Source of the DNA: a virus
Taxonomy: Duplodnaviria > Caudoviricetes
DNA: 64,000 nucleotides
Reading direction: 5' to 3' (one strand)
Virus record (IMG/VR): IMGVR_UViG_3300035661_000005
Below are positions 51,851 to 60,444 of the stretch, in pieces; position 1 is the stretch's first letter, and each line of letters begins with the position of its first letter. Below the pieces are notes generated by a model. That model ran no database searches. It saw only the letters and a program-made list of their open reading frames with translations, and was not told where the DNA came from. A program made the translations under genes and the position numbers.

Positions 51851-54800
51851 ATGCAGACAGCCCTGAGCTACGACCGCCGCCGTACTGCCTCCGAACCCGA
51901 TGACGAGATCATCGACCTGCAGGAGCTACAGGTCGCCGACTACGTGGTCTTCCTCCTGGCCCTCGACACCTACATGGGTTGGTTGTACGAAACCCAGGGG
52001 AACGTGTCGGCGACCGACCCGATCCTCGCCAAGGGCTTGACCCTGGCGAAGTTCGCGGAGCGACAGAACCTCGACAGCATCTCGACTTTCATCAAGTCGA
52101 ACCTCGTCAGCAAGTCGAGCATCGCTCTCCTCGAAGCAGCGATCCGGCCTCCGGCCAACCCCAAGGGTTTGTCCGTTCGCGCCCTTCGGCTTCGCACGGT
52201 ATTGTCGAAGGGTGGGACGGCGACGACCCGGGCGGTATTCGGCACGTCTACCAAGGCCCGCCGGGCGGTTCAGGAGGCCATCGACGCCTCCATGATCGAT
52301 GACCCGGATGCCGCGCTCAACAAGTTCGCGGCCCTGACGCTCAAGAACAAGAAGTTGGAGCGCTGGATCGACGACGCGTCCACGACGGTCGTTCCAGGCG
52401 CGGCGGTCATCAGCCCCGTGCAGGAGGCTACCCGAGGGGCTACGGACGCCTCCGCGAGCCTCCTGGCGGTCCAGGTGAGCCAGGAGGCCCGTCCCGGCAC
52501 GGACCAGAGCCTCGACTCCCGTAGCAAGCACGCGGAGGCGCTCTCCAGGATCGAGAGCCAGGCGACCGAGGCGGCCAAGAAGGCCATGCTGCAGGCGGGG
52601 GAGGACGATCGTCCCCTCACCAAGGCGGAGGTCATCGGCGTCGCCACCGCGGCAGCGGCGGCTGTCACGTCTGACCCGGACCGTCCCCAGAACGTCCCCC
52701 AGGCGCTCCAGAAGCTCGATCCGGAGCAGCGGGCGGCGGCACTCACGGGCGGTCGTGTCCGTGTCTCCGCTGGTGCAGGGTCGGGCAAGAGCACGACCCT
52801 CCTGGCCCGTACGCAGTACCTCATCGACCATGGGGCGGTTCCGAACCGCATGGTGGCGATGAGCTTCAACACGAAGGCGGCCAACGAGCTGGCAATCAAA
52901 ATGGCCAGCAAGATCGGGTCGGACAAGGTTTCGACCTCGAAGAGCCCGAACCCGAACGGGATTCGGGTCGGCACGATGCACGGCACCTTCCTGAAGTACA
53001 TCAACGACTTCGGGACCAAGGAGCAGGTCGACGTTTTCGCCAAGGTCAACGGCAGGGGTGGCCTCGTCAGTACCAGCACGCTCTTCAAGGCCGTCAAGGA
53101 CATCTGGAAGGACTGCTTCGACGGCATCGACAAGGACGCGAAGGGCAACACCAGAGATCTTCCCGACTCCGAGTTGTGGAAGATGCCCCCGAAGTCGGGG
53201 CGTATGATGGCCTACATCAACCACTTCCAAGGGGAGGGGATGTCGGCTGCCGAGGCTCGCAAGTGGGCCGATGAGCAGAAGACCCTGGAGGCCGACCAGG
53301 CGGCCAAGTTCTTCGAGGTCTACGAGGGTCTCAAGGGTGCGTTCGGCCCCAGTTGGCGACCAAAACTCTGCGGTCTGAGGCCCACTCCCAAGTTCGAGAA
53401 GTTTGTCAGCTTCTACCGGGCGGGGAAGCCCCGGATCGGGGACTTCAACGACATGCTCGCGATCTTCCGCGACGTCATGAAGGGCAACCCCGTGGCGAAG
53501 CGCAAGGTCCAGGACCAGTTCGATCACGTCATGGTCGACGAGTGCCAGGACCTGAACCCCCTCCAGTTCGAGGTGCTCCAGCTCATGACGGAGCACATCG
53601 AGGCGGACGATCCGAAGCGATCCTTCTGGATGGTCGGTGACGACAAGCAGTGTGTGCTCGACGACACTCCCGTGGCGACGCCCGCAGGTATGCGAAGGGC
53701 AGCAGACCTGGTCCCGGGGGACACCGTGCTCGCGTACCGCAACGGCAAGGTAGCACCCCAAACCGTCCGGCATGTCGCCCCCTCCTCGTGGAAAGAGGGC
53801 ATCAAGATCACGACCGAATCCGGTCGTACTCTAACGATGTCCCCCAACCACAAGATCTGGGCGTCCTCGCCAGATCTCGGCGAGGGGCAGAAGATCGTCT
53901 ACCTCATGTACCGCCCGGACCTTGGGTTCCGTGTGGGTGTCACCGACAGGTGTGATGGGGGTTACAATCCGTTTGGTAGCCGTACCAGCACCGAGGGTGC
54001 CGAGCGTCTCTGGATCCTTGCCGTCGCGGAGGATGAGCAAGCCGCCCTCTTGGCAGAGACGAGCTTCTCGCTCAAGTACGGCGTACCCACCTGTGTGTTC
54101 AACGGCGAGACCATGGGGTTGAACCAGTCCCCCCTCAACCAGGTTTTCGCGGCGTTCGGGAAGAATGGTGGGCGCATTCTCGAAGACATGCACCTCTCGT
54201 TCGACCTCCCCAATTGGGTGGCAACCTCGAAGGGTGTCACGCGTAGGACGATCCAGATGATCGCCCATGCGGCGGGGGGTACGCAGGTCAGTCTGGAATG
54301 GTCGGGCGATGATCTCGATGAGGCGTTGAAGGACACTCCGCACACGAAGCTCGACGGCGACCGCCGTCGGCTGCGCAAGTGGTTCTCCAACTACCGAAGC
54401 GCCCTCGAATTCGCCGAAACGCTGAAGGTGAAGACCAAGGCGAATCTGTGTCGAAGGATGTCCACCGCTGAGGAGCCCATGCCCCTGATCACGGCTGGTG
54501 GTCTACTGCCCGGCATGCACGTCCTCGTGCAAGAGGGTGAGACGGTGGTACCCGAGAAGATCGTTGCCACCGAGAACGTCAGCGGCACCTTTGTGGACAT
54601 CGACGTGGAAGATGCGTCGAACTTCTTCGGTGGTGGTATCCTGTCCCACAACTCGATCTACCAGTTCCGCGGGGCGGACCCGAACGCCTTCATCGCCCTC
54701 GACAAGATGGGCTTCAAGGACCGGCAGATCACGACCAACTATCGATGCGCTCCGGAGTTCGTTGACGCGGCGAACAAGCTCATCGCGAACAACCAGAACC

Positions 54801-56275
54801 AGATCCCGATGGAGGCGAAGGCGGCCCCCAATCGGGCACGCGGGGAGGCCGACCTCACGGTCTCCGTCCCCCTGAACGAGGCCAAGGCGGCCGTCGAATT
54901 CGGCAAGAAGATCCTGGCTGCGGTTCGCAACGGGGAGCCGGTGGCCAACTACGCGGTCCTCGCCCGTACGAACGCCGAGCTGGTGACCTACCAGCAGATG
55001 TGCGCAGTCCTCGGGATCCCCTTCGTGCAGAAGAAGGGCGCCAGCGTGTTCGCCTCCCAGGAGACCGAGACGTTCCGCGCCCTGATGACGTCCGTGGCGT
55101 CCACAGACCCGGAGATGGTGCAGAAGTCCTTCTGCCAGACCCTGATGTCTACGGGCGTCCTCCGGCCGAAGCTCTCGCCGAACCGGGACGAGAACGTCAA
55201 GTTCGCCAACAAGGCGATGCAGCAGCTCATCCGGAGCTACTGCGCCCAGGCGAACCTCGACATCAAGACCTTCAATCCGGTCGAGGCAGCCCGGACCCGT
55301 CCGGATTTCTTCAAGCAGGTGCTGACGCAGATCGGCAACGTCCCGCCCTTCCGTGTCGAGGAGGAGATGGATCGTGCAGATGGCCTCTTGGAAGGCATTT
55401 CGATGCTTCAGGGGGACCTGGAGAAGCCTGGTTTCACCTCGAAGGATCTCTTCGAGGGGATCCTGGCCCTCCCTGTGATCGAGCTGATCGCTCCGGACCC
55501 GGGTTCCCGCATGTGGACGCACAAGATCAGCTCCTTCAAGGAGGCCACGAGGGAGCGTCTTGCGGCGAGGGTCGCTGCCGAGGAGGCCGATGAGGATCCG
55601 GACCTCGCGGACGAGAAGGAGAACCTCGGGACGCTCGAATTCGTCAAGATGATGATGGAGCCGAACGAGGTCGATCCGTCCTACAACCCGCTCGACCCGA
55701 AGCAGTTCCAGACGCACTTCGAGGGTTTGGCCGATCGTGCGGAGGAGCTTCGCATCGACCCGGACGAGTACGAGAGGCAGCTCAACGCGCAGGGTGTCCC
55801 CCTGGACCAGCGCAAGCCGCCGCCCGGCGTCTACCTCGGCACGGTTCACTCGACGAAGGGTGCCGAGTGGGATGACGTCACCCTGCTCATGCCCAAGGGC
55901 AAGTTCCCGATGGAGCGCAAGCCTCGCAAGCCGCAGCGGAACGAGATCCCTGAGGTGGAGCTGACGGCCCCGCAGGATAGGCTCGAATCCGAGCGGCGGC
56001 TCGGCTACGTCGGGCTGACCCGTGCGAAGAAGTCGCTCACGGTCCTCTGCCCTGGTGGTCCCAGCGACTTCGTCAAGGAGGCTGGGCTGAACGTGGGGCA
56101 GAACGTGCCGAAGCCCGAGGCTCTGACGCCCGGAGCGGAGTCGGCCACGTCCGCGGAAGTCGTCAACGACGAGGCCCTGGAGTGGGAGGAGGCCAAGCAG
56201 GAGGCCCTCTCCAAGATGGAGAAGACCGCGGCGACGTTCTCGCCCTGGACCTACAGCTACAACAGGAGCGCCTGA
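51851..56275 (+). CDS. UvrD/PcrA/Rep-like SF1A helicase with a ~290-aa N-terminal extension and an intein (~1140 aa after splicing)
   Basis: Motif I SAGAGSGKST, Ia MSFNTKAANEL, II VDECQDLN, III VGDDKQ|SIYQFRGA, IV TTNYRC, IVa VLARTNAE, V TVHSTKGAEW, VI ERRLGYVGLTRAKK. Confidence 0.93.
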   Translation: MQTALSYDRRRTASEPDDEIIDLQELQVADYVVFLLALDTYMGWLYETQGNVSATDPILAKGLTLAKFAERQNLDSISTFIKSNLVSKSSIALLEAAIRPPANPKGLSVRALRLRTVLSKGGTATTRAVFGTSTKARRAVQEAIDASMIDDPDAALNKFAALTLKNKKLERWIDDASTTVVPGAAVISPVQEATRGATDASASLLAVQVSQEARPGTDQSLDSRSKHAEALSRIESQATEAAKKAMLQAGEDDRPLTKAEVIGVATAAAAAVTSDPDRPQNVPQALQKLDPEQRAAALTGGRVRVSAGAGSGKSTTLLARTQYLIDHGAVPNRMVAMSFNTKAANELAIKMASKIGSDKVSTSKSPNPNGIRVGTMHGTFLKYINDFGTKEQVDVFAKVNGRGGLVSTSTLFKAVKDIWKDCFDGIDKDAKGNTRDLPDSELWKMPPKSGRMMAYINHFQGEGMSAAEARKWADEQKTLEADQAAKFFEVYEGLKGAFGPSWRPKLCGLRPTPKFEKFVSFYRAGKPRIGDFNDMLAIFRDVMKGNPVAKRKVQDQFDHVMVDECQDLNPLQFEVLQLMTEHIEADDPKRSFWMVGDDKQCVLDDTPVATPAGMRRAADLVPGDTVLAYRNGKVAPQTVRHVAPSSWKEGIKITTESGRTLTMSPNHKIWASSPDLGEGQKIVYLMYRPDLGFRVGVTDRCDGGYNPFGSRTSTEGAERLWILAVAEDEQAALLAETSFSLKYGVPTCVFNGETMGLNQSPLNQVFAAFGKNGGRILEDMHLSFDLPNWVATSKGVTRRTIQMIAHAAGGTQVSLEWSGDDLDEALKDTPHTKLDGDRRRLRKWFSNYRSALEFAETLKVKTKANLCRRMSTAEEPMPLITAGGLLPGMHVLVQEGETVVPEKIVATENVSGTFVDIDVEDASNFFGGGILSHNSIYQFRGADPNAFIALDKMGFKDRQITTNYRCAPEFVDAANKLIANNQNQIPMEAKAAPNRARGEADLTVSVPLNEAKAAVEFGKKILAAVRNGEPVANYAVLARTNAELVTYQQMCAVLGIPFVQKKGASVFASQETETFRALMTSVASTDPEMVQKSFCQTLMSTGVLRPKLSPNRDENVKFANKAMQQLIRSYCAQANLDIKTFNPVEAARTRPDFFKQVLTQIGNVPPFRVEEEMDRADGLLEGISMLQGDLEKPGFTSKDLFEGILALPVIELIAPDPGSRMWTHKISSFKEATRERLAARVAAEEADEDPDLADEKENLGTLEFVKMMMEPNEVDPSYNPLDPKQFQTHFEGLADRAEELRIDPDEYERQLNAQGVPLDQRKPPPGVYLGTVHSTKGAEWDDVTLLMPKGKFPMERKPRKPQRNEIPEVELTAPQDRLESERRLGYVGLTRAKKSLTVLCPGGPSDFVKEAGLNVGQNVPKPEALTPGAESATSAEVVNDEALEWEEAKQEALSKMEKTAATFSPWTYSYNRSA
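53651..54652 (+). mobile_element. Intein (334 aa) in helicase motif III
   Basis: C(1)VLDDTPVAT. Block B MSPNHKIW. C-terminal FVDIDVEDASNFFGGGILSHN followed by +1 Ser. No LAGLIDADG motifs seen. Confidence 0.93.
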
Positions 56276-56901
56276 TGACCGCCATGCAACACGTCGCCGC
56301 GGCTACGGCGATCACCGTCACGATCGAGGAGATGGACAAGGTGATCCAGCGTGGCTTCCGTGCGCTCCACCCGCGCAAGGAGACGGCCCCCTGGGGCGAG
56401 ATCCTCTACATCCTGACGCCTGAGGAGGACGAGCCGCACAACGTCATCCGGGTGCAGACGAGCATCTTCTCGGGTAGCGGTACCGCTCGCGGCGAGGGTG
56501 AGGACTCGATCCGCATCACGATCATCAACACGAAGACGAACAAGCCGATCGCCGGCAAGATGCAGCGGGTCCACCGGGTCCAGAACTGGAAGGACAACCT
56601 CCGCTCCCGCATCGAGGATGCGATCGAGAAATTCGAGGAGCTTCAGGAGGAGCGCGCCAAGGCGAAGGCCCTCATGGAGCAGCGGGAACATCAGCAGACG
56701 TTCCAACGGGAGCGTCCGCAGGAGGCTCAGAGTGAGCGTGTCCGGCAGCTCCAGATGCTCGAAGCCCTGGCCCGTTCGACCTCGCCGAACGCGAGGGCCT
56801 TCGAGGACATGCTCGGCCGCCTCCGACGCTTCGGTGGCCTCCTCACGGACCGCCAGCTCGCATGGGCCGAGCGGGAGTACTCGCGGTACGGTCGTCGATG
56901 A
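56275..56901 (+). CDS. Hypothetical protein
   Basis: TGATG coupling to the helicase. Globular domain IRVQTSI..G..RGEGEDSIR...RVHRVQNWKDNL, plus a helical tail. Confidence 0.7.
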   Translation: MTAMQHVAAATAITVTIEEMDKVIQRGFRALHPRKETAPWGEILYILTPEEDEPHNVIRVQTSIFSGSGTARGEGEDSIRITIINTKTNKPIAGKMQRVHRVQNWKDNLRSRIEDAIEKFEELQEERAKAKALMEQREHQQTFQRERPQEAQSERVRQLQMLEALARSTSPNARAFEDMLGRLRRFGGLLTDRQLAWAEREYSRYGRR

Positions 56902-57404
56902 CCCTCCCCTACGCCTTCACGACTGACGGCTCGGTTCCCACGGCGCTCGTGGACTACTACATGCCCGTCGGTACGGAGGGCTTTCAGTTCGTCGCGGCCC
57001 TCATGGCGTACATTCGTCCTTGGGGGCCGGTCTTTCCGGTGGAATTCACACGGGCGGCCTACCTCCGAGCGGCCTCAACCCTGGCCCACATGGGCATTGT
57101 GCGCGGGGAGACCCTCACGTTCCTTCGGGACGGTGCTCAGCTGACGCAGCCCCAAGCAGCCTCTCTGCTGGGGGTGACTCTTGGGGACATCGTCGCCTGG
57201 GAGAGCAACGCGGCGCCAATCCCCCGGTCGATATGGGACTTTATGGCCCATTATGTCTGCGATATGGACAATCGTCGCGGATTCACCCCGAACCTAGACG
57301 TCTCCACGTCGGACTTCCGTGCGCGAACGATCCGCATCCGGCCGGACATACCGTACCCGGACAAGCCGATCACCTTCCCGTGTCCGCCCGACCCGTGCGC
57401 CTGA
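56898..57404 (+). CDS. XRE-family HTH protein (MqsA/YgiT-like C-terminal half)
   Basis: GETLTFLRDGAQLTQPQAASLLGVTLGDIVAWES...IP. Confidence 0.75.
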   Translation: MTLPYAFTTDGSVPTALVDYYMPVGTEGFQFVAALMAYIRPWGPVFPVEFTRAAYLRAASTLAHMGIVRGETLTFLRDGAQLTQPQAASLLGVTLGDIVAWESNAAPIPRSIWDFMAHYVCDMDNRRGFTPNLDVSTSDFRARTIRIRPDIPYPDKPITFPCPPDPCA

Positions 57405-57421
57405 TGGTGTAGGGTGGGGGG

Positions 57422-58276
57422 ATGGCGAAGCTGGACTTCGAAGTCCTCATCGACCCCAACGCCCCTCCCCTGCACCCGAAGGCAGTCACGTTCGAGACGG
57501 GGGCTAGACGGTCCGATGTCGCGGACCCCTCCCTCTGGGCGTACGAGCATCACGGGGAGGGCTTCAGTCCGGTCGATCCAGGAGCACTGACGGCCCTCTT
57601 CGAGGATCTTGTCCTCGGGCGGCCCCTGCCAATGACGTTTCTGACGCACAGAGTCAGGGATGTGGACACCCTGGTCGCAATCGCCGCATTCGTTTTCCGC
57701 GACGTAGTACTCCACCCGAGGATGTTGGACCTGGTAGCCAAGGTCGACCTCGTCCACCGGCGGGGCTTCCAGCTCTTGGGGCACCTGACGTCGGAGGATG
57801 TGCGCTTCCTGCGGCTCCTCCGAGGTTACTTCCCTGACGGTCTGACGCGGCGGGAACAGGGGGACCGCCTCCGGACCGCTCTTGGGTGGATCCGGGACTA
57901 CGTGCTGGAGGAGCGGCTCCCAGCACTGGGGGCAGCGTTGGTCGGGGCGACCGAGCTTCAGCGTGGTTCAGACGGGTTCGTTGTGGGGGTGACGGGTGGT
58001 TCCCTCACGGAAGGCTGGGTGGACCTGTTTCGCAAGGGGCACCTTCGGGGCATTCTCTTCGGCCCGAGGGTAGAGGGGCAGCCTACGGCTCTTATCGCTC
58101 GTAAGAGCGCCTACGTGGCCCTGGATCTTGTCCTGGCCGAGCGTCTCTTGAACGAGGTCGAGGCAGCGGCGGGTGGTCCTACCGGGTGGGCCGTAGCGGG
58201 GGACTGGCTCTGGGGTCCGGTGGAGGGTACGCGGATCCTGGCGAGCCACATCATAGAAGTTCTTTTGAGGTGCTGA
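57422..58276 (+). CDS. Possible DHH-like phosphoesterase with permuted motif order
   Basis: YEHHG precedes HRVRDVDTLVA, then VDLVHRRG. Upstream TAGGGT-N6-ATG suggests a leaderless start. Confidence 0.45.
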   Translation: MAKLDFEVLIDPNAPPLHPKAVTFETGARRSDVADPSLWAYEHHGEGFSPVDPGALTALFEDLVLGRPLPMTFLTHRVRDVDTLVAIAAFVFRDVVLHPRMLDLVAKVDLVHRRGFQLLGHLTSEDVRFLRLLRGYFPDGLTRREQGDRLRTALGWIRDYVLEERLPALGAALVGATELQRGSDGFVVGVTGGSLTEGWVDLFRKGHLRGILFGPRVEGQPTALIARKSAYVALDLVLAERLLNEVEAAAGGPTGWAVAGDWLWGPVEGTRILASHIIEVLLRC

Positions 58277-58743
58277 TTCCCACCATGCACAAGGAAGGCA
58301 CCTCGGAAGAGCGGGATACCATTCCAAACCGTATCCGGGAAGTTACTCAAACTTGCGCATGAGATTCTACTCGATTTGAGGCTGTGCCGATCTTCTCTTT
58401 CGAGAATACCTCGGTAGTAAGCCTCCGGCTCGACGGTACGAGCGCGAAATTACCCCTTGAGGAACTGTCCCGGCGAATCCGGTATCGCTCTCTCAAGATG
58501 GTTTTCACTACGGATGGGTGATCATCAGGACCGACTTGTTTGTCCTCGGAACGTCCGAGCAAGTTGATCCCTCCTACCCCATCCGCGTGCGAAATCCTGT
58601 CACAAGATCGGCAAGGAGCTTAGCTGTCCCTTGAGCGATGTCAAGTAGGTTCGAGTGAGTTTCTGGTCAACTGCTAGCACCCACCCCCGAAGTTCGGCAC
58701 TGGCGACTTTCCGAGGATCCCGCCGCCACCACGAGTGCCCACG

Positions 58744-58754
58744 TTTTCTCCTAT
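58744..58754 (+). promoter_or_regulatory. Putative late-promoter motif TTTTCTCCTAT
   Basis: 14 nt before in-frame GTG58769. Confidence 0.5.
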
Positions 58755-58768
58755 ACCCTGGGCGAATC

Positions 58769-59617
58769 GTGGAACGCAAACTCACGGTGGTCACGGTCGA
58801 GACCGACGGTCTCCGTGACTACGTCCTGCTCCCGAACGGAGAGCGCTACATCCTCGGGGCGGTTTCCGTTCTCAAGTTCATCGCGGAGACGGTCCCGAGT
58901 CAGTCGGCAGCCCGGCGAGCGCTCGACGAGTTCAACAAGTCCGGACAGGTGGTCGTGGCTATCGATCTGGTCCGCTTGCCCGAGATCCTGACGTACCGCC
59001 GTTCCCGATGGGCAGGGGTTGCGATTCCACTTATCCCAGCCCCAAATCGGACGACCTCTCCACGGAACACGGAAGGCAGCAACATGGACGCGAAGGCTTT
59101 CGAGAACCATCTCAGCTTCATCGAACGGCACATCACGGAGCTGGAGACGAGGACTGCGGCGAAGCGTGCGATTCCCGCTTCTCTGATCGCGTCCCTTCGC
59201 AAGGCTTCGATCTCGCTCCCCAGCTTCGGCGATCAGTCGAAGAACGACGCCTTCTACGATCTCGGCCAGCCGAAGGTCGACACGGTGGAGGATCCGGGTG
59301 CGTACACGCCCCCGGCGAACGTCACCCACCCGCTCGGCAAGTCGGCCTCGTTTCGCATCCTCAAGGCGAACGGGGACGCGGCGGAGACGATCCTCAGCCA
59401 GATGGCGGAGACGGCGACGAAGATCGACTCCCTCGAAGCGGCGGGTCGTCCCTTCAACGCGGCCAAGGCGCGGGCCGACGTCCACAAGGTCGTCGGTGCT
59501 TGCGAGAGGATCCTGGCGAACGCGGACCTCGCCGAACCCTACCTCGCCGAAGAGATCCAGACCCTCGCGAAGCGGGCGAGCCGCATCCACGGCCTCTTCG
59601 CCTCGGCCCGCGTCTGA
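58769..59617 (+). CDS. Multi-segment hypothetical protein, possible internal head protein
   Basis: Likely start GTG58769, with an internal ATG near 59083. RTAA, KSAS and KRAS motifs, helical segments. Confidence 0.65.
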   Translation: MERKLTVVTVETDGLRDYVLLPNGERYILGAVSVLKFIAETVPSQSAARRALDEFNKSGQVVVAIDLVRLPEILTYRRSRWAGVAIPLIPAPNRTTSPRNTEGSNMDAKAFENHLSFIERHITELETRTAAKRAIPASLIASLRKASISLPSFGDQSKNDAFYDLGQPKVDTVEDPGAYTPPANVTHPLGKSASFRILKANGDAAETILSQMAETATKIDSLEAAGRPFNAAKARADVHKVVGACERILANADLAEPYLAEEIQTLAKRASRIHGLFASARV

Positions 59618-59629
59618 TAGGAGACGTCC

Positions 59630-60340
59630 ATGCCCGTCGATCGGAACAACTACATCTACAGGATGGGTACGGCGCCGAACACTCGGGCAGCCGTCTCCCA
59701 GAAGAACAAGGTCTACGGGTACTCCGTCGGCGCGAACGCCTTCGTGCAGCTGGGAGCTGTCAGCGAGTTCGGCTTCGATGAGTCCCGTGCGGTCGACCCG
59801 GTCCGTGGGGTCGGTTTCGGCGATCAGATCGCCGAAATGGTCCCTGGTGTGACCGAGCCGATGAGCCTCACGATCAACAAGACCCTGCTCTACACGGCCA
59901 ACCTCTTCCAGCTCTTCGGTTACAAGGGTGGGATCGACGGTCTCGCGAGGAGCCTACGGCACCACCGCTGGCCGTTCGACATCAAGCAGGAGCTGGTCTT
60001 CAGCGAGGTCGCCTCGAAGATGGACCAGGTCGGCCTCGCCGGTGCGAAGTCGGCGCAGGTGCAGCCGGGCGGCGGGGAGTTCCTGACGCCGGTCCAGGCG
60101 CTCTTGACCTTCTACGAGGGCTGCTGGATGAGCGCGTACAACGCGAGCTTCACGGCAGACGCCGCCATCGTGGCCGAGAACAGCACGGTCCTCTGCACGG
60201 ACGTGATCGACGGGCTCAGCCAGTACGGCGAGTTCATCGACACGGGTCTCTCGCCGGCCACGGCGGGTGGGGCTCCTGGCAAGGGCTACTCGCTCCGGTT
60301 CGCGAGCGGCTCATCCTTGTCGCCGGTCGTCCCGACGTGA
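59630..60340 (+). CDS. Tail tube protein
   Basis: SD AGGAG. LGAVSEFGFDESRAVDPVRGVG...EMVPG...LTINKTLLY...WPFDIKQ...YEGCWM..Y...F.AD..IVAEN..V is a gp19-like tube fold. Precedes the chaperones and tape measure. Confidence 0.8.
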   Translation: MPVDRNNYIYRMGTAPNTRAAVSQKNKVYGYSVGANAFVQLGAVSEFGFDESRAVDPVRGVGFGDQIAEMVPGVTEPMSLTINKTLLYTANLFQLFGYKGGIDGLARSLRHHRWPFDIKQELVFSEVASKMDQVGLAGAKSAQVQPGGGEFLTPVQALLTFYEGCWMSAYNASFTADAAIVAENSTVLCTDVIDGLSQYGEFIDTGLSPATAGGAPGKGYSLRFASGSSLSPVVPT

Positions 60341-60444
60341 TCGGACGCGATGGCGTCAGCCTAGATGAAGATGGGATCAGAGAATTCCGGTTCCGCCCTA
60401 CGAGGTCGTCCCCCCGTCTAGGCTGCCGCCATCCTTAACCCAAG

